Shown: positions 1 through 11,583 of the stretch, piece by piece
How the letters are laid out: the number at the start of each line of letters is the position of its first letter
How positions within the stretch are numbered: the first letter of the stretch is position 1
From: Candidatus Obscuribacteraceae bacterium
GTDB lineage: Bacteria > Cyanobacteriota > Vampirovibrionia > Obscuribacterales > Obscuribacteraceae
Direction: 5' to 3'
DNA length: 64,000 nucleotides
Assembly (NCBI GenBank): GCA_044229845.1
Contig: JBGASG010000002.1
Coordinates: 288,001 to 352,000, forward strand
Position numbers and translations under genes: made by a program
Notes under the pieces: generated by a model
Databases searched by the model: none
The model's input: the letters and a program-made list of their open reading frames with translations, nothing else
What the model was told of the DNA's origin: nothing

Positions 1-174
1 TCTCGGTAAACTCTGTTGAACAGATTGGGAGAGGGATAGCGGCCTTAACGTAATCGACTAATTGTTGCATAAATTAAGTCAAATGTCTAATCCCTGCGCG
101 CTTTTGCCTGGCTGAGCCCGGTCGGGTAAACTGAGTACATCGACGCAAACCTGCATCCAACCTGGGGTTTCCTC

Positions 175-564
175 ATGAAAAAGAGCCTTTTAACAACTAT
201 TACGGCAGCTGCAATACTCGCGCTTTCGGGTTGTGGGCAAGCCGGGTCGGACACTGGCAACGTCGGTCCTGTTCTGAGCCAGGCAGGTACCGACGCTTAC
301 AACACAGTCAATCAGTATTCCAGCGAAAATGGCGGAACGCTGCCGCCCAACGCCAGCGCTCTCAGCGCTTACGCGGTGCAAAAGGGCATCAAACTGGCGT
401 ATCCGGTAATTGATCTGAGCGCAGAAAGCTGGAAGATGTACAGCCAGACACCGCGGCCTGCCATCGGCAATGGTGCCCTGCACAATTTGATCGGCTATTA
501 CGTCGACCAGAACACGAAGCGCTTCGGTATTTGCACCGAAGCCGCCACTCTGTCCAATCAATAG
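175..564 (+). CDS. Hypothetical lipoprotein
   Basis: MKK start, hydrophobic core and lipobox-like LSGC; no recognisable domain. Confidence 0.75.
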   Translation: MKKSLLTTITAAAILALSGCGQAGSDTGNVGPVLSQAGTDAYNTVNQYSSENGGTLPPNASALSAYAVQKGIKLAYPVIDLSAESWKMYSQTPRPAIGNGALHNLIGYYVDQNTKRFGICTEAATLSNQ

Positions 565-567
565 ACT

Positions 568-1716
568 CTACTTTTTGAGCGTTACCGGGCGAATGCCAAT
601 CTTGGTGCGCATCAGCGCGTACGGCCGCTCGCGGGCTTCGACGCTGTTATGAAACTGCGCCTGCCTGTGCAATTGATTGACAGTGAAGTAGAGATAGCCG
701 TCGCTGGCCAAACACATCGTATCCGGCCACATGAGGCGCAGGTCGTGAATCAGCGTTTCGTACTGCCCTCTGGCATTGCGCCGCACGATGGCGTTGTGCT
801 CGTAGTTGGTGATGTACAGGTTGCCGGCACCATCCGATTCCAGCCCATCGGCACCGCCACCTTTGTCTCCCAGTTTGATCACCGTCTTCGCCACCTGCGC
901 ATCAGTCAGTTTGGCATTGCTGAGCGCATCGACACTGACGCTGTACAACTGACGACTGGAGAGCGGGCAGTAGAACAGGCGCTTACCATCGGCACTGATG
1001 GCGATACCATCGCTGCCGACCGCTATGTGCTGCGGCGGCTTGTTGGCGGGGCGCACCATCAGTGGTTGCCCCTCGACGACCGGCAAAAAGCCGGGTTCGG
1101 CTTTCGTAGAAAAATGATTGGCGAGCCGTCTCCAGCTTTTACCGCTGGACAGATCGACAACAATGATGCCGCCACTGCTGCTGGAGTCGGTGATGTATGC
1201 CATGCCGCCTTTGCCGCGCCGCAAATCAAAACGCACATCGTTCAAATAACTGCGCGGCAACGCCACATTTGCTGGGAACAAGATCTTCTTCGCCACCTTA
1301 TTAGTGGACAGGTCGATGCCCACTAGTTTTGGTCCGCCAAACTTCGTCGGTCCGAAAGCAATGCTGCCAGTATCGAGAATCCAGAGCATGTCGTTGGCAT
1401 CAACCACGACGCTCTGCACAGACACCAGTCCGTCAGACTGGAAGGGCACTTCATTGCCGTTGACCAGCTCCGCAACGGTGGCGGTGACGTTGTCGCCCCA
1501 ACGCGGATAATTCACAAAGATGCGACCTCTGTGAGAAACGGTCACTCCGGTAGGCATCGGTCCGTTGAAGGTTTTGACGACTTCCATGTTGCCGAAATAC
1601 TTTTCGGTCGGCAGTTTCACCTGCTGCGCACGCACCGGCTGCACCGGCGCCGCCAGCCAGACGACGGCATACGCCAGAACCAGAACCAACGACGCAAGAC
1701 GTCCACGCTGCAACAT
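568..1716 (-). CDS. Secreted major royal jelly/yellow (L-dopachrome tautomerase-related) family beta-propeller protein
   Basis: Signal peptide; family motifs GRIFVNYPRW, LWILDTG, YLNDVRFD, YITDS, WPDT, NQLHRQ; start placed at MLQRG. Confidence 0.85.
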   Translation of the reverse strand: MLQRGRLASLVLVLAYAVVWLAAPVQPVRAQQVKLPTEKYFGNMEVVKTFNGPMPTGVTVSHRGRIFVNYPRWGDNVTATVAELVNGNEVPFQSDGLVSVQSVVVDANDMLWILDTGSIAFGPTKFGGPKLVGIDLSTNKVAKKILFPANVALPRSYLNDVRFDLRRGKGGMAYITDSSSSGGIIVVDLSSGKSWRRLANHFSTKAEPGFLPVVEGQPLMVRPANKPPQHIAVGSDGIAISADGKRLFYCPLSSRQLYSVSVDALSNAKLTDAQVAKTVIKLGDKGGGADGLESDGAGNLYITNYEHNAIVRRNARGQYETLIHDLRLMWPDTMCLASDGYLYFTVNQLHRQAQFHNSVEARERPYALMRTKIGIRPVTLKK

Positions 1717-1762
1717 GACAGCCACCTCAAACGATGCGCCTGAGATTATATCCGACGTATGG

Positions 1763-3238
1763 CTATTCAACGACTTGCGCCAGCCGTTTCACACCTTCAT
1801 TGATCTCTGCGGCGGACAGCGCTCCGTAATTCATGATGAACGACGCACCGGATCTGTGAGTCGCAAAGTGCATCGACGGCAGGATGCCCACACCCAGTTT
1901 GAGCGCCCGCTCCACAATCGTTTGCTCCGACATATCGGTCTGAAAGTGCACCAGAACGTGGATGCCGGCATCCTCACCGACCACCTGCACGCGCTTGCCG
2001 AAGTAGTGGCGCAACGCGGCGATCAAGACGCCGCGCCGCTCTTCGTACACTTTGCGCATGCGCCGCACATGCCGCTCCAGATGCCCTTGATCGATAAAAT
2101 CAGCCAGCACTTGCTGCTCGAGAATCGGCGAATGGCGATCGGTGAGCCACTTTCCGTGGGTGAAGACGTGCACCAGATCTGGTGGCACCACCATATAGCC
2201 CAGTCGCAACGAAACAAAGAGCACTTTGGAAAACGTTCCTATATATATGACCCGGTTGTTGTTGTCCAATCCCGCCAGAGCCGGCACCGGCTTGCCGTGA
2301 TAGCGAATCTCGCTGTCGTAGTCGTCTTCGACTATGAAGGTGTTGGTGCGTTGCGCCCAACCCAGAAGCTCCAGGCGGCGAGCCAGTGATAACGATGCGC
2401 CCGTCGGGAACTGGTGCGAGGGCGTCAGGTAGAGAAACTTGAGGCGCGGTGTATCGCCCTGCAACAACTGCGTGGTAGAGATGCCTTCTTTGTCGACAGA
2501 AATCGGGAAGCAGCGCGCGCCGTGCGCTTCGAAAATCGTCTTGGCACCGACCCAGCACGGATCTTCTAAGCCGACATGATCGCCGCGTTCGACAAACGCG
2601 CGCGACACCAGATCCATGGCTTGCTGCGATCCATTCACAATCACTATTTGCGATGCATCGACTTTCATGCCGCGCGCTCGCCCGAGATAGCGAGCCAGAG
2701 CCTCGCGCAAAGGAGCATAGCCCTGCGAGCGCTTCGGCATGTCCAGCTGCGAAAACTGTTTGCGCTTGCAATGCATATTGAGCAGCCTGAGCCACGTGCT
2801 CATCGGGAACGAATCCATATCAGGTCTGCCGAAAGCAAACTGAATCTCCGGCTCCTGGTTGCTACCCAGAAGTTCGGTTTTCGCCAGATGGCGCCCGAAA
2901 TTTGAGAGCGTGTCGAACACCTGTTCGCGACAAAGTGCACTGGGTTCGAACGGCACGAACGGCTGCGCTCGCGCCTCCATCAATTCATCCGGCAATTCGG
3001 AGGCAACGAAAGTGCCGGCCCCAATCTTGCCGTCCAGATAGCCTTCGCTGACCAGCGCGTCATAGACCAGCGTCACGGTCGTTCGCGAGATACCAAGAGA
3101 TCGAGCCAGCTCACGACTGGGCGGCAGCTTCATGCCGCGAGCCAATCGTCCGACCAAAATTCCTGTCCGGATTTCATTATAAAGCTGCCGTTGTAAAGGT
3201 TCAGTACCGGTGGGGTCGACCGTGATTGCTAGCTGCAT
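1763..3238 (-). CDS. MocR/GabR/PdxR-family regulator (GntR HTH plus PLP aminotransferase-like domain)
   Basis: N-terminal LPPSRELA..LGISRTTV wHTH; TPSHQFPTG, EDDYDSE, GTFSK PLP-lysine motif; start placed at MQLAIT. Confidence 0.93.
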   Translation of the reverse strand: MQLAITVDPTGTEPLQRQLYNEIRTGILVGRLARGMKLPPSRELARSLGISRTTVTLVYDALVSEGYLDGKIGAGTFVASELPDELMEARAQPFVPFEPSALCREQVFDTLSNFGRHLAKTELLGSNQEPEIQFAFGRPDMDSFPMSTWLRLLNMHCKRKQFSQLDMPKRSQGYAPLREALARYLGRARGMKVDASQIVIVNGSQQAMDLVSRAFVERGDHVGLEDPCWVGAKTIFEAHGARCFPISVDKEGISTTQLLQGDTPRLKFLYLTPSHQFPTGASLSLARRLELLGWAQRTNTFIVEDDYDSEIRYHGKPVPALAGLDNNNRVIYIGTFSKVLFVSLRLGYMVVPPDLVHVFTHGKWLTDRHSPILEQQVLADFIDQGHLERHVRRMRKVYEERRGVLIAALRHYFGKRVQVVGEDAGIHVLVHFQTDMSEQTIVERALKLGVGILPSMHFATHRSGASFIMNYGALSAAEINEGVKRLAQVVE

Positions 3239-3244
3239 ACGCTT

Positions 3245-3300
3245 AATTGGTCTTATTGATATTTCCAAAATGGACCTTTCCATAATACCAATCAGCCATT
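3245..3300. promoter_or_regulatory. Putative MocR-family operator in the divergent intergenic region
   Basis: Direct repeats AATTGGTCTTA (3245) and AAATGGACCTT (3268) 23 bp apart, plus inverted ATACCAAT (3285); ATACCA is the B. subtilis GabR motif. Confidence 0.55.
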
Positions 3301-3436
3301 AGCATGTACATAGAAACGGGAATAATCCCGTTAGGCGAGCACAAAACCAAGGGCACCCCGAGCCCGGCAAACACACGGTTCACGCGGCGCAGTATGCCCG
3401 GCGCGAGCGACAGCGTTGTGTTTGAAGGAGACCGAC

Positions 3437-4519
3437 ATGACGACTGAATTCAACAAAACCAATCTGCACGCTCTGCGCACAACCGAAGACACCAGCGCAG
3501 GCAACGCAGAAAGCACCGGCGCAGGTCCCTCTCCGCTGGTCGTCTACAGCATGCTGGCTTTCTGCCTGATCACGTGGGCAAGCGCGTATTGCTTCATTCG
3601 CGTCGCCGTCAACACTTACGAGCCCCAGCACCTCTCGGCGCTGCGCTTCTTCTTCGCCTCAATTTTTCTGATCCTCTTCGCCCCCAAGGCGAAACTCAGC
3701 ATTCCCCGTGGTGGCACTCTGGTGCGCCTCCTCTGCTACGGATTCTGTGGTATCTCGCTCTACAACATCTTGTTGTGCCTCGGCGAGAAAACCGTCAGCG
3801 CCGGCACTGCTAGTTTCATCATCGGCATTTCGCCTCTCTTCACAGCACTTCTGGCGTCGGCCATTCTCAAAGAAAAAATCGGCAAACGCGGATGGATAGC
3901 TCTTCTGGGAGCGTTCATCGGTGCGGGGATCATGTCGCTTGGCTGCACATCCGGTTTCACCATTTCGCCGGCCATCCTGCTGCTGCTCTTCGCCTCCCTG
4001 CTGAGTGGTGTCGCCATCGTTCTCAACAAAAGCATCCTCAACACCATGCGTCCCGTGGAGAGCACCATATACGGTGTATGGGCCGGCACGCTCTTCCTGG
4101 TGCCGTTCCTGCCCGGCGCGTTCGCAACCATGGCACATGCACCGCTGACCGCCACCCTCGCCTGCGCATTCCTGGGCGTCTTCCCAGCAGCACTGGGCAC
4201 CCTCGGCTGGTCATTCGTTCTCAAATACTCGTCCGCCAACCGCGCCGCGCGCTTCCTCTACCTGATACCGGTGATCACCGCCATTCAATCGAGCGTCTTC
4301 CTCGGTGAACCACCAGGCATGCTGGAATCAATCGGTGCCGTCGTCACGCTGCTTTCAGTCGTTTCGGCCAGCCCTATGGTGGTTGGACTCTTGCGACCGA
4401 CCGGTCCGGTCCACTTCAAATTCGGTGAACTGCGCCTCAATCTTGAGCGCCTGGTATCAGACTGCCTGCGCCGCAAAACATGCTGCGACGACCCGGCTTG
4501 CGTGCAGACCACTCGATAA
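3437..4519 (+). CDS. DMT/EamA-family transporter with Cys-rich C-terminal tail
   Basis: About 10 TM segments, LITWASAY, SALRF, VFLGE motifs; AAGGAG RBS before ATG 3437; divergent from the MocR gene. Confidence 0.9.
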   Translation: MTTEFNKTNLHALRTTEDTSAGNAESTGAGPSPLVVYSMLAFCLITWASAYCFIRVAVNTYEPQHLSALRFFFASIFLILFAPKAKLSIPRGGTLVRLLCYGFCGISLYNILLCLGEKTVSAGTASFIIGISPLFTALLASAILKEKIGKRGWIALLGAFIGAGIMSLGCTSGFTISPAILLLLFASLLSGVAIVLNKSILNTMRPVESTIYGVWAGTLFLVPFLPGAFATMAHAPLTATLACAFLGVFPAALGTLGWSFVLKYSSANRAARFLYLIPVITAIQSSVFLGEPPGMLESIGAVVTLLSVVSASPMVVGLLRPTGPVHFKFGELRLNLERLVSDCLRRKTCCDDPACVQTTR

Positions 4520-4579
4520 CTGCCCGACACAACTCGCTGATTGCCAAGAGACACACGAAGCCCAGGGGGAGCGCCCCGA

Positions 4580-4636
4580 GCCCAAGTGATATCACTTCGC
4601 ATTTTCCAGCCGGAGCTAAAGTGATATCACTTCAGT
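4580..4636. repeat. Two copies of palindrome AAGTGATATCACTT, 35 bp apart
   Basis: Cores at 4584-4597 and 4619-4632; same family as 11584-11728. Confidence 0.85.
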
Positions 4637-4733
4637 TTTGACGAACTGGTTGCCAGAAGGTTCTGGACTCGGGCGCATGTCAACATGAGCGGCCGCCACC
4701 ATCTAAGGTATAGTTTTGGAAAGCGGAGTTCGT

Positions 4734-5003
4734 ATGGCGCTCTACACGTTTTTTCTCAGTTTTCGCGAAGGGACCTACATTTCTCAGGTCACCGCGTCTT
4801 CAACCAAGCAAGCACCCAAAGAGTGGGCGGAGAATCTCGAAGAGTGGTCCGTACCAGGTCTGGGAGCAGCCGGCGTCCAGCAGATCAAGCAACAGATCGG
4901 ATCGCTGGCCGTGGTTCCCATCGACAAATGTAAGCATGTCTGGAGCTATACGGTGATCGTTCGAGGAAACGCCGCCATAGTTCACTTTGTGCAGACCGAG
5001 TAG
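4734..5003 (+). CDS. Small hypothetical protein
   Basis: GGAG RBS before ATG (MALYTFF..EGTYISQV); 5 bp upstream of crcB. Confidence 0.65.
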   Translation: MALYTFFLSFREGTYISQVTASSTKQAPKEWAENLEEWSVPGLGAAGVQQIKQQIGSLAVVPIDKCKHVWSYTVIVRGNAAIVHFVQTE

Positions 5004-5008
5004 CAGAA

Positions 5009-5398
5009 ATGGATTTTGCGCTGGTCTTCGTGGGTGGTGGCATAGGATCTCTGTGCCGTTATCTCGTCAATTTAGCCGTTGTTAAATACTTGCCGATCGG
5101 TGTTTTTCCACTGGGTACCTTCACCGTCAACATGGTCGGTTGCGTAATTATTGGTGTGGTCGCGTATCTCGCCACCGAGAAAGCGATTATTCCAGCACAC
5201 ATCAAATTGTTGCTCACCGTCGGCTTCCTGGGCGGTTTCACCACGTTTTCATCCTTCGGTTTCGAAACCTTCGATCTGATCCGCAACGGGCATTACGGTT
5301 TTGCGATCGGCAATGCCGTCACGCAAGTGATTATGGGAACTGTCGGAGCCTGGGCTGGTTTCTCCATAGGCGCGCAGCTTTCGCGCTCCTGGAACTAG
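5009..5398 (+). CDS. crcB: Fluoride channel CrcB/FluC
   Basis: GGGIGSLCRY, PLGTFTVN, GFLGGFTTFSSF signature. Confidence 0.96.
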   Translation: MDFALVFVGGGIGSLCRYLVNLAVVKYLPIGVFPLGTFTVNMVGCVIIGVVAYLATEKAIIPAHIKLLLTVGFLGGFTTFSSFGFETFDLIRNGHYGFAIGNAVTQVIMGTVGAWAGFSIGAQLSRSWN

Positions 5399-5414
5399 CT
5401 CTCCGAGCACCAGG

Positions 5415-5992
5415 TTACCAGGCTTCTCCAACGCAGATCCATCCGGCCCAGGCTACCGGGTTGGCAAAATTGCCGCCTTCCTTTTTGACTGAGAGCTGCG
5501 CCTTGCGCAGTGCCTCAGCAATCGGCATCTTCTCCTGCAAGACGTTGTTATAGAAACGATCCATGATCAGCAGCGTCGCCGCATCAGGCACCTTCCATAA
5601 CGACATAACAATGCACCGCGCACCGGCAGCCATGATCGCGGCGCGCAAACCAAGCACGCCCTGACCGGTTACTTCCTCGCCCAGTCCGGTTTCGCACGCC
5701 GACAATGTCACCAGCTTTGTTTGATGGTGCCAAAACATTCAACGCTGCCACCACATCCGGGGTCCCGCGAAACACGCACCGCCTCCTCGAAGTTACCGGC
5801 ATCGATTAGAGGTGAGAGCTGCGCCTTCAATCGGTCGACACTGTCTTCGTCGCCGAAATTGACAGAAGGACTCGCCTGCGGCCGTCCCTCTTGCTTGCCG
5901 GCCGCTTGCGCACCACTAGTGGTGCCAATCAGCACCAGCAGAGACACAAGGATAGTGCACCGGCAGATTCGCCTTACTTCGGGAAGCATCAT
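5415..5992 (-). pseudogene. Remnant of a secreted TPR-CHAT (caspase-like) protease gene
   Basis: Signal peptide and first TPR-like helix in one frame; CHAT C-terminus (LVTLSACETGLG..SLWKVPD..FY..ALRKAQL..P.AWAGWICVG) in another; catalytic His region missing. Confidence 0.8.
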
Positions 5993-6060
5993 GCTTGGAA
6001 TCGGTTTGACATCCGGCAACTTAATCTTAACAGTCCATTCTATAGCCCGCGAAGCCATTT

Positions 6061-6372
6061 ATGCCTGATAATAGGGCTAAGGAGACCTATCCTGTGAAAC
6101 AACAACGCGAAAACTGCGTGTTCTGCGGCAGCGCCGAGTGTGAAAACCCGGGCGTTCCCGGTCAATGGCTGGTCAATTACGCCAAGGGCAAGTGCGAGAA
6201 GAAGCGGTCTGAAGACATCGAAGTGTATTCGGATGACGAATTAAAAGAGTTCATTCCGCAAGAGCCTCTCCTTCATCAGCTGTACGACAGCAAGCGCAAG
6301 AAAGGCATGTCTAAGTACGATGCCTTCCTGCACATCTTGAACCGGACAATCGAAAAGTCCGAGAAAAAATAA
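6061..6372 (+). CDS. Small hypothetical protein with Cys cluster
   Basis: CVFCGSAEC..KGKC; AAGGAG upstream of GTG at 6094 suggests an alternative start. Confidence 0.6.
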   Translation: MPDNRAKETYPVKQQRENCVFCGSAECENPGVPGQWLVNYAKGKCEKKRSEDIEVYSDDELKEFIPQEPLLHQLYDSKRKKGMSKYDAFLHILNRTIEKSEKK

Positions 6373-6388
6373 GATACCGTATTTGGTG

Positions 6389-6574
6389 CTAAGGGCGTTT
6401 CATTTCGCGAGTCTGGTCAGAAGCCTTCGCGCGTACCCTGCGCAGCTTCGGATGTTCCTCTGTTTCGGCCAGAGATTCGGTGGTGCCTTTGGGCAATTCT
6501 TCCGTTTCCTTCTCTTGCAATTCAAGATTGGGTATTTGGTTTTGCTGTTCGCGAGCTTGCAGCGGGTCTTGCAT
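6389..6574 (-). CDS. Small charged hypothetical protein
   Basis: GGAGGG RBS before ATG (MQDPLQ); convergent with the 6061 ORF. Confidence 0.5.
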   Translation of the reverse strand: MQDPLQAREQQNQIPNLELQEKETEELPKGTTESLAETEEHPKLRRVRAKASDQTREMKRP

Positions 6575-6704
6575 GTCTTTGCCCTCCAGGCGCGTCAGAG
6601 AACTGGATGTCACGACGAACGTGGAACCTCTACTGTTTCACTGGAGGCAGTTAGGCGAGGAAGCTATAATTCTGGGGTCCGTCGTATGACATAGGTGCCG
6701 TTTC

Positions 6705-7310
6705 ATGAAACAAGCCTTTACACTCCTCTTGACTGCCGCATATGTGTTTGCGGCTTTGCCGGCATTCGCCGACGAGGAGGCGGCCGCGACTACAAACAGT
6801 GCATCTGAAACAACGTCTGCAGCCGACAAGAAAGCTAAAGCGGACGCAAAAGCGAAAGCCAGCGAAACGCAAAGCACCGAAGCAAGCAGCACCGACGAGA
6901 AGGCAAAGTCCGACGGCGACGACAAAACCAAATCAGACGACAAAGCAAAATCGGACGGCGACGATAAAACCAAATCCGATACCACCAAAAAAGCAAAGGG
7001 CGCAAAAACCCCCGCCAAAGGCAATATCGCTTCGCGCGCCGCGTCCTTCGTCGCCGGCAGCATCGTCGGCATGCCGGTGGCCATCGCCCGCGAAATCGGC
7101 GGCGAAACAAAGATTGCCACCAGAGACCTGGTCGGCGAAACCAACAACTGGTTCAAAATCATTCCGGCTTTACCGATGGGTTTCATCGGTGGCTGCCTGA
7201 GTGCCGCACCGCAAGGTTTGATGTTCGGCATCAAAAACGCATGGGAAGGCAGTCACGACGAACCATTCGGACGAGAAGCGTTCAGCCTCGCCGACGAGCT
7301 GGAAAAATAA
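6705..7310 (+). CDS. Secreted hypothetical protein with D/K/S-rich linker
   Basis: Signal peptide ending AFA; 42-bp tandem duplication at 6894-6977 (DxKAKSDGDDKTKS x2); Gly-rich hydrophobic C-terminal domain. Confidence 0.75.
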   Translation: MKQAFTLLLTAAYVFAALPAFADEEAAATTNSASETTSAADKKAKADAKAKASETQSTEASSTDEKAKSDGDDKTKSDDKAKSDGDDKTKSDTTKKAKGAKTPAKGNIASRAASFVAGSIVGMPVAIAREIGGETKIATRDLVGETNNWFKIIPALPMGFIGGCLSAAPQGLMFGIKNAWEGSHDEPFGREAFSLADELEK

Positions 7311-7383
7311 CTGCTTCCGTGCCGAGCAATCGCGAGATAATTTGATCTGCTCAGCTTTGTAATGGCTAAGCACAGGAGTTAAG

Positions 7384-8325
7384 ATGGCCGAACGGCTTCT
7401 GATTGGCGCCCACTGCAACGGCAGTTTGAAAAGCTCAGTAGACAAAGCGCTGGAAATCGGCGCGCAGTCGATGCAGATCTTCATCGGTTCACCACAAACG
7501 TGGGCAACACCGAAACCGGCTGTCGACGACTTCGTCCGTTTCAAGGACGGCGTCAAACAACACAAGCTCGGTCCCGTCTTCGTCCACGGCAACTACCTGG
7601 TCAACCTGGCTACGTCATCACCAGACTTTTTGAAGAAGTCACTGGAAAACATGTATGCCGCACTGCGTCTAGCGGATCGCTGCGGCGCCGAGGGCTTGAT
7701 TTTCCACCCCGGGTCGGCAGGCACCACGCCTTATAAGGATGCGGTGCGGCGAGTGGTGCAGGCTATCGAAGTGGTGCTCGACGACTACGACGGTAAATGC
7801 AAGCTGCTGCTCGAGGTCTGCGCCGGGCAGGGAGAAACCATCGGCGATCGCTTCGAAGAATTCGCCGATATACTTGCGCAGCTCAATAACGACAAGCGGC
7901 TCGGTGTCTGCTGGGACACGTGTCACTTGTTCAATGCAGGCTATGACGTGTCCAGCGAAGCTGGTTTAAAAAAAACCGTCGATCAATTCGAAAAAACGGT
8001 GGGCTTCCAGTGGTTGAAGGCGGTTCACGCCAACGATTCGAAAACTCCGTTCGCGGCCCGGCGCGACCGCCACGAAAACATCGGCGAAGGGCACATCGGG
8101 GCGGAGGGGTTCCAGCGCATGCTGCAGCATCCTAAGTTGCGGCATCTGCCCTGGATGCTGGAGGTGCCCGGCTTCGAAAAGAAGGGACCCGATCGCAAAA
8201 ACATCGATCTGCTGCACCGCCTCGCCAACACGCCGATCAAAAAGACAAGCAACTCGTCAGCAACGCAGAAGGCGACGACACCAAAAGCACGCAAGAACGT
8301 CCGTACTGCTACGAAGAACGAGTAG
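7384..8325 (+). CDS. nfo: Endonuclease IV (AP endonuclease 2)
   Basis: IGAH, HGNYLVNL, FHPGS, DTCHLF, HANDSK, DRHENIGEG, LEVP metal ligands. Confidence 0.95.
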   Translation: MAERLLIGAHCNGSLKSSVDKALEIGAQSMQIFIGSPQTWATPKPAVDDFVRFKDGVKQHKLGPVFVHGNYLVNLATSSPDFLKKSLENMYAALRLADRCGAEGLIFHPGSAGTTPYKDAVRRVVQAIEVVLDDYDGKCKLLLEVCAGQGETIGDRFEEFADILAQLNNDKRLGVCWDTCHLFNAGYDVSSEAGLKKTVDQFEKTVGFQWLKAVHANDSKTPFAARRDRHENIGEGHIGAEGFQRMLQHPKLRHLPWMLEVPGFEKKGPDRKNIDLLHRLANTPIKKTSNSSATQKATTPKARKNVRTATKNE

Positions 8326-9045
8326 ACGACGTGTCGAAACCCGAACCACCCATCACACAACGCATTTTGAAACGCCTGAGCGCCAGCAAAGCCATCATCC
8401 TGGTGGCAACACTGTTGGCGGCATCAGCGTTCACATTCATTGAAGTGGCGAGCGAAGTCAGCGAAGGCGAGACTCTGCACCTGGACAACACGATTTTGCA
8501 TGCACTGCGCAATCCAACCGATCCATCGATACCCATCGGTCCATCATGGCTCCTGCCCGGGGTTCAAGACATCAGCGCATTAGGCGGCGTGGCGGTGTTG
8601 ATCGCCTTGACTCTGGCAGTCTCAGGTTTTTGCTGGTTCGACAGAAAGAAGAAGTTGTTGCTGTTTTTCCTTGGTTCCGTCGGTGGTGGCACTATGGCAA
8701 TGGTGCTGCTCAAACACTTTTTCGCGCGACCGCGACCGAGCATCGTGCCGCACCTGGTGCCGGTGGCGATGGAGAGCTTTCCGAGCGGACATTCGATGAT
8801 CTCGGCAATATTCTATTTGACGCTGGGCGCACTGCTGGCGCAGGCGACCCAGGATCGAGTGCTAAAAATCTACTATTATGCCAGCGCCTGCCTGATCACA
8901 TTGCTGATCGGCATCAGCCGGGTATATCTGGGAGTTCACTATCCAACCGATGTCCTGGCGGGATGGTGCGCAGGCATTGCGTGGTCCGCGACTACTTACT
9001 TGATCTCCGAATGGCTGCAGCGCCGTGGAAAACTAGAGGAAGGCG

Positions 9046-10594
<1,549 letters not shown>

Positions 10595-10655
10595 TTAATC
10601 TGCCTTCGCAACGCCATCGCGAAGACTCCGTCACCAGTTCGAGCAACGAGTCCGA

Positions 10656-11486
10656 TTAGCAGGTGTACTTGCCCGACTCGTCGATCAACTCACCCTCGCC
10701 AAGATATCCAGGATGCGCCTCGGCCAGCGCCAGCGCTCGGCTATAGATCGATTTTGCCGGGTCCGTTTTGTTCTGACGAATCAGACACCGCGCATACTCG
10801 TGCGCGCATGCCGCCGCCTTAACTCCCGCGTTGTCCGCCGAGAGATCCTCTATCTTGTCGTACAGTGCCAGTGCCCGCGTGTACGCGGCTTCCGCGTCAG
10901 CTTCCCGCCCCTGTTCGACACAGCATCGAGCCAGGTCAAACAAAGCATTCGGAACGAAAGTGGGCGCGTGCGGCGACTTCTCAGTCTGATTGATCAACTT
11001 GGTCAGCACGCCCTCCGCCTCGCCGAACGCTTTCTTCTCCATCAAGCATTCAGACAACTTGCGGTTGGACTCGATCACCTTTAGATCATCAGGTTGAAAC
11101 TTCTCGTGCAACATCTTCAACGCATACTTGTGAAGACCTTCGGCTTCGGACAGCCGGCGCTGGCTGCGCAGCAAGCGCGCCAGTTCCTCCAGAGCCTCCG
11201 CTGACTGTTCCCACTCTTCTGAGTCTTCCCAGGTTCTGAACGCCTTGGTGTAGTGCTTTTCCGCCACAACGTTTTTGTTCTGTTTCTCACAAGCCTTCGC
11301 CGCTCCAAATGCGGCAATGGCGATGAAGTGATAGTTCTTAGTCTCCTCAGCCATTTCAAGGGCTCGCCCGTAACACTTCTCTGCATAGGCGTAGTCTTCT
11401 TCAGCAAACGCCTCATCAGCTTGCTGCACCCATTGATCGACTTTCTTGGTGCCAAGCACCTCGCTGACCCAGCCAAAAAGTCCCAT
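10656..11486 (-). CDS. Tetratricopeptide repeat protein
   Basis: Repeated AE..Y..AL helices; GAAGGA RBS before MGLFGW. Confidence 0.85.
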   Translation of the reverse strand: MGLFGWVSEVLGTKKVDQWVQQADEAFAEEDYAYAEKCYGRALEMAEETKNYHFIAIAAFGAAKACEKQNKNVVAEKHYTKAFRTWEDSEEWEQSAEALEELARLLRSQRRLSEAEGLHKYALKMLHEKFQPDDLKVIESNRKLSECLMEKKAFGEAEGVLTKLINQTEKSPHAPTFVPNALFDLARCCVEQGREADAEAAYTRALALYDKIEDLSADNAGVKAAACAHEYARCLIRQNKTDPAKSIYSRALALAEAHPGYLGEGELIDESGKYTC

Positions 11487-11583
11487 TGTTCCTTCTCCGC
11501 CCTGCTTCGTTATTTTCGATTTTTCCAACTTTCACATATTTTGCGCCATCCCGACGCCTCACGACAAGAGGTGACTCCGAAAT

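Noticed and set aside
4640..5008. Fluoride riboswitch upstream of crcB
   Set aside because: No GGCGATGG..TCGCC..GCTRATGAC-type motif was found; the region is occupied by a small ORF.
8230..8325. Basic K/T/A-rich tail on Nfo
   Set aside because: Short low-complexity tails are common and give no evidence of a distinct function.
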